Assembly: GCF_006345805.1 (NCBI RefSeq)
Contig: NC_043014.1
Coordinates: forward strand, 10,664,001-10,728,000
Direction: 5' to 3'
Length of the DNA stretch: 64,000 nt
DNA from: Octopus sinensis
Taxonomy: Eukaryota
Under the pieces are notes generated by a model. That model was not told the DNA's origin. It ran no database searches and was given only the letters and a program-made list of their open reading frames with translations. A program made the position numbers and the translations under genes. Shown piece after piece: positions 63,560-64,000 of this stretch (positions are counted from its first letter, which is position 1; every line of letters starts with the position of its first letter).

Positions 63560-64000
63560 CACGCACTCACGCACGCATATATATGTGTGTGAGTATGTAT
63601 GTATGTGTGTATGTATTTATGTGTATGTATATGTGTGTCTATATATGTATGTATATGTGTATATATATCTGTACGTAGACACAAACACACACACTCATGC
63701 ACGCAATATATATGAGTGTATGTATGTGTGTATGTATGTATTTATGTGTATGTATATGTGTGTCTATGTATATGTGTGTATATATATTTGTACGTACACA
63801 CAAACACACACACTCACGCACGCAAATATATGAGTGTGAGTATGTGTGTATGTATGTATTTATGTGTACGTATATGTGTGTCTATGTATATGTGTGTATA
63901 TATATCTGTACGTACACCCACACCCACCCACACATTCACGCACGCAATATATATGTGTGAGTATGTATGTATGTGTGTATGCATGTATTTATGTGTATGT
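63560..64000 (+). repeat. Compound (TATG/TG/CA) repeat with ~120-bp higher-order period
   Basis: Recurring CACGCAATATATATG(A/T)GTG...GTACGTACAC units. Confidence 0.8.

Overview
This is eukaryotic, AT-rich, microsatellite-dense non-coding DNA. It is most likely from Octopus or another coleoid cephalopod (inferred from the tRNA-derived SINE families and the TA/CA/GATA/AAT density). I found no supportable host-gene exon, and almost all track ORFs are microsatellite or SINE artefacts. The window is a mosaic of SINEs, 3' LINE fragments (RTE, CR1, HERO-like, R4/Dong-like, L1/Tx1-like), Tc1/mariner and piggyBac-type elements, non-autonomous Helitron/Helentron elements and Penelope-like (PLE) pseudo-LTR relics, with a 100-N gap at 52903-53002. 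Two systems stand out. (1) About 17 minimal type-I hammerhead-ribozyme (HHR) motifs from about 9 families, mostly beside (TA)n and often in fold-backs; they include core variants (U3-A8, A6U, U4C) and a 357-nt HHR-to-HHR unit whose frame has no stop codon. (2) An apparent retrotransposition guild sharing one 3' terminus (small stem-loop + AATAAAGAAA): an ORF1-only 1.75-kb element stacked at one target site, a SINE that forms head-to-tail arrays by re-entering at its own internal GGTATTTC site, and an ORF1-SINE chimera. Coordinates were read by eye and may be off by a few bases.
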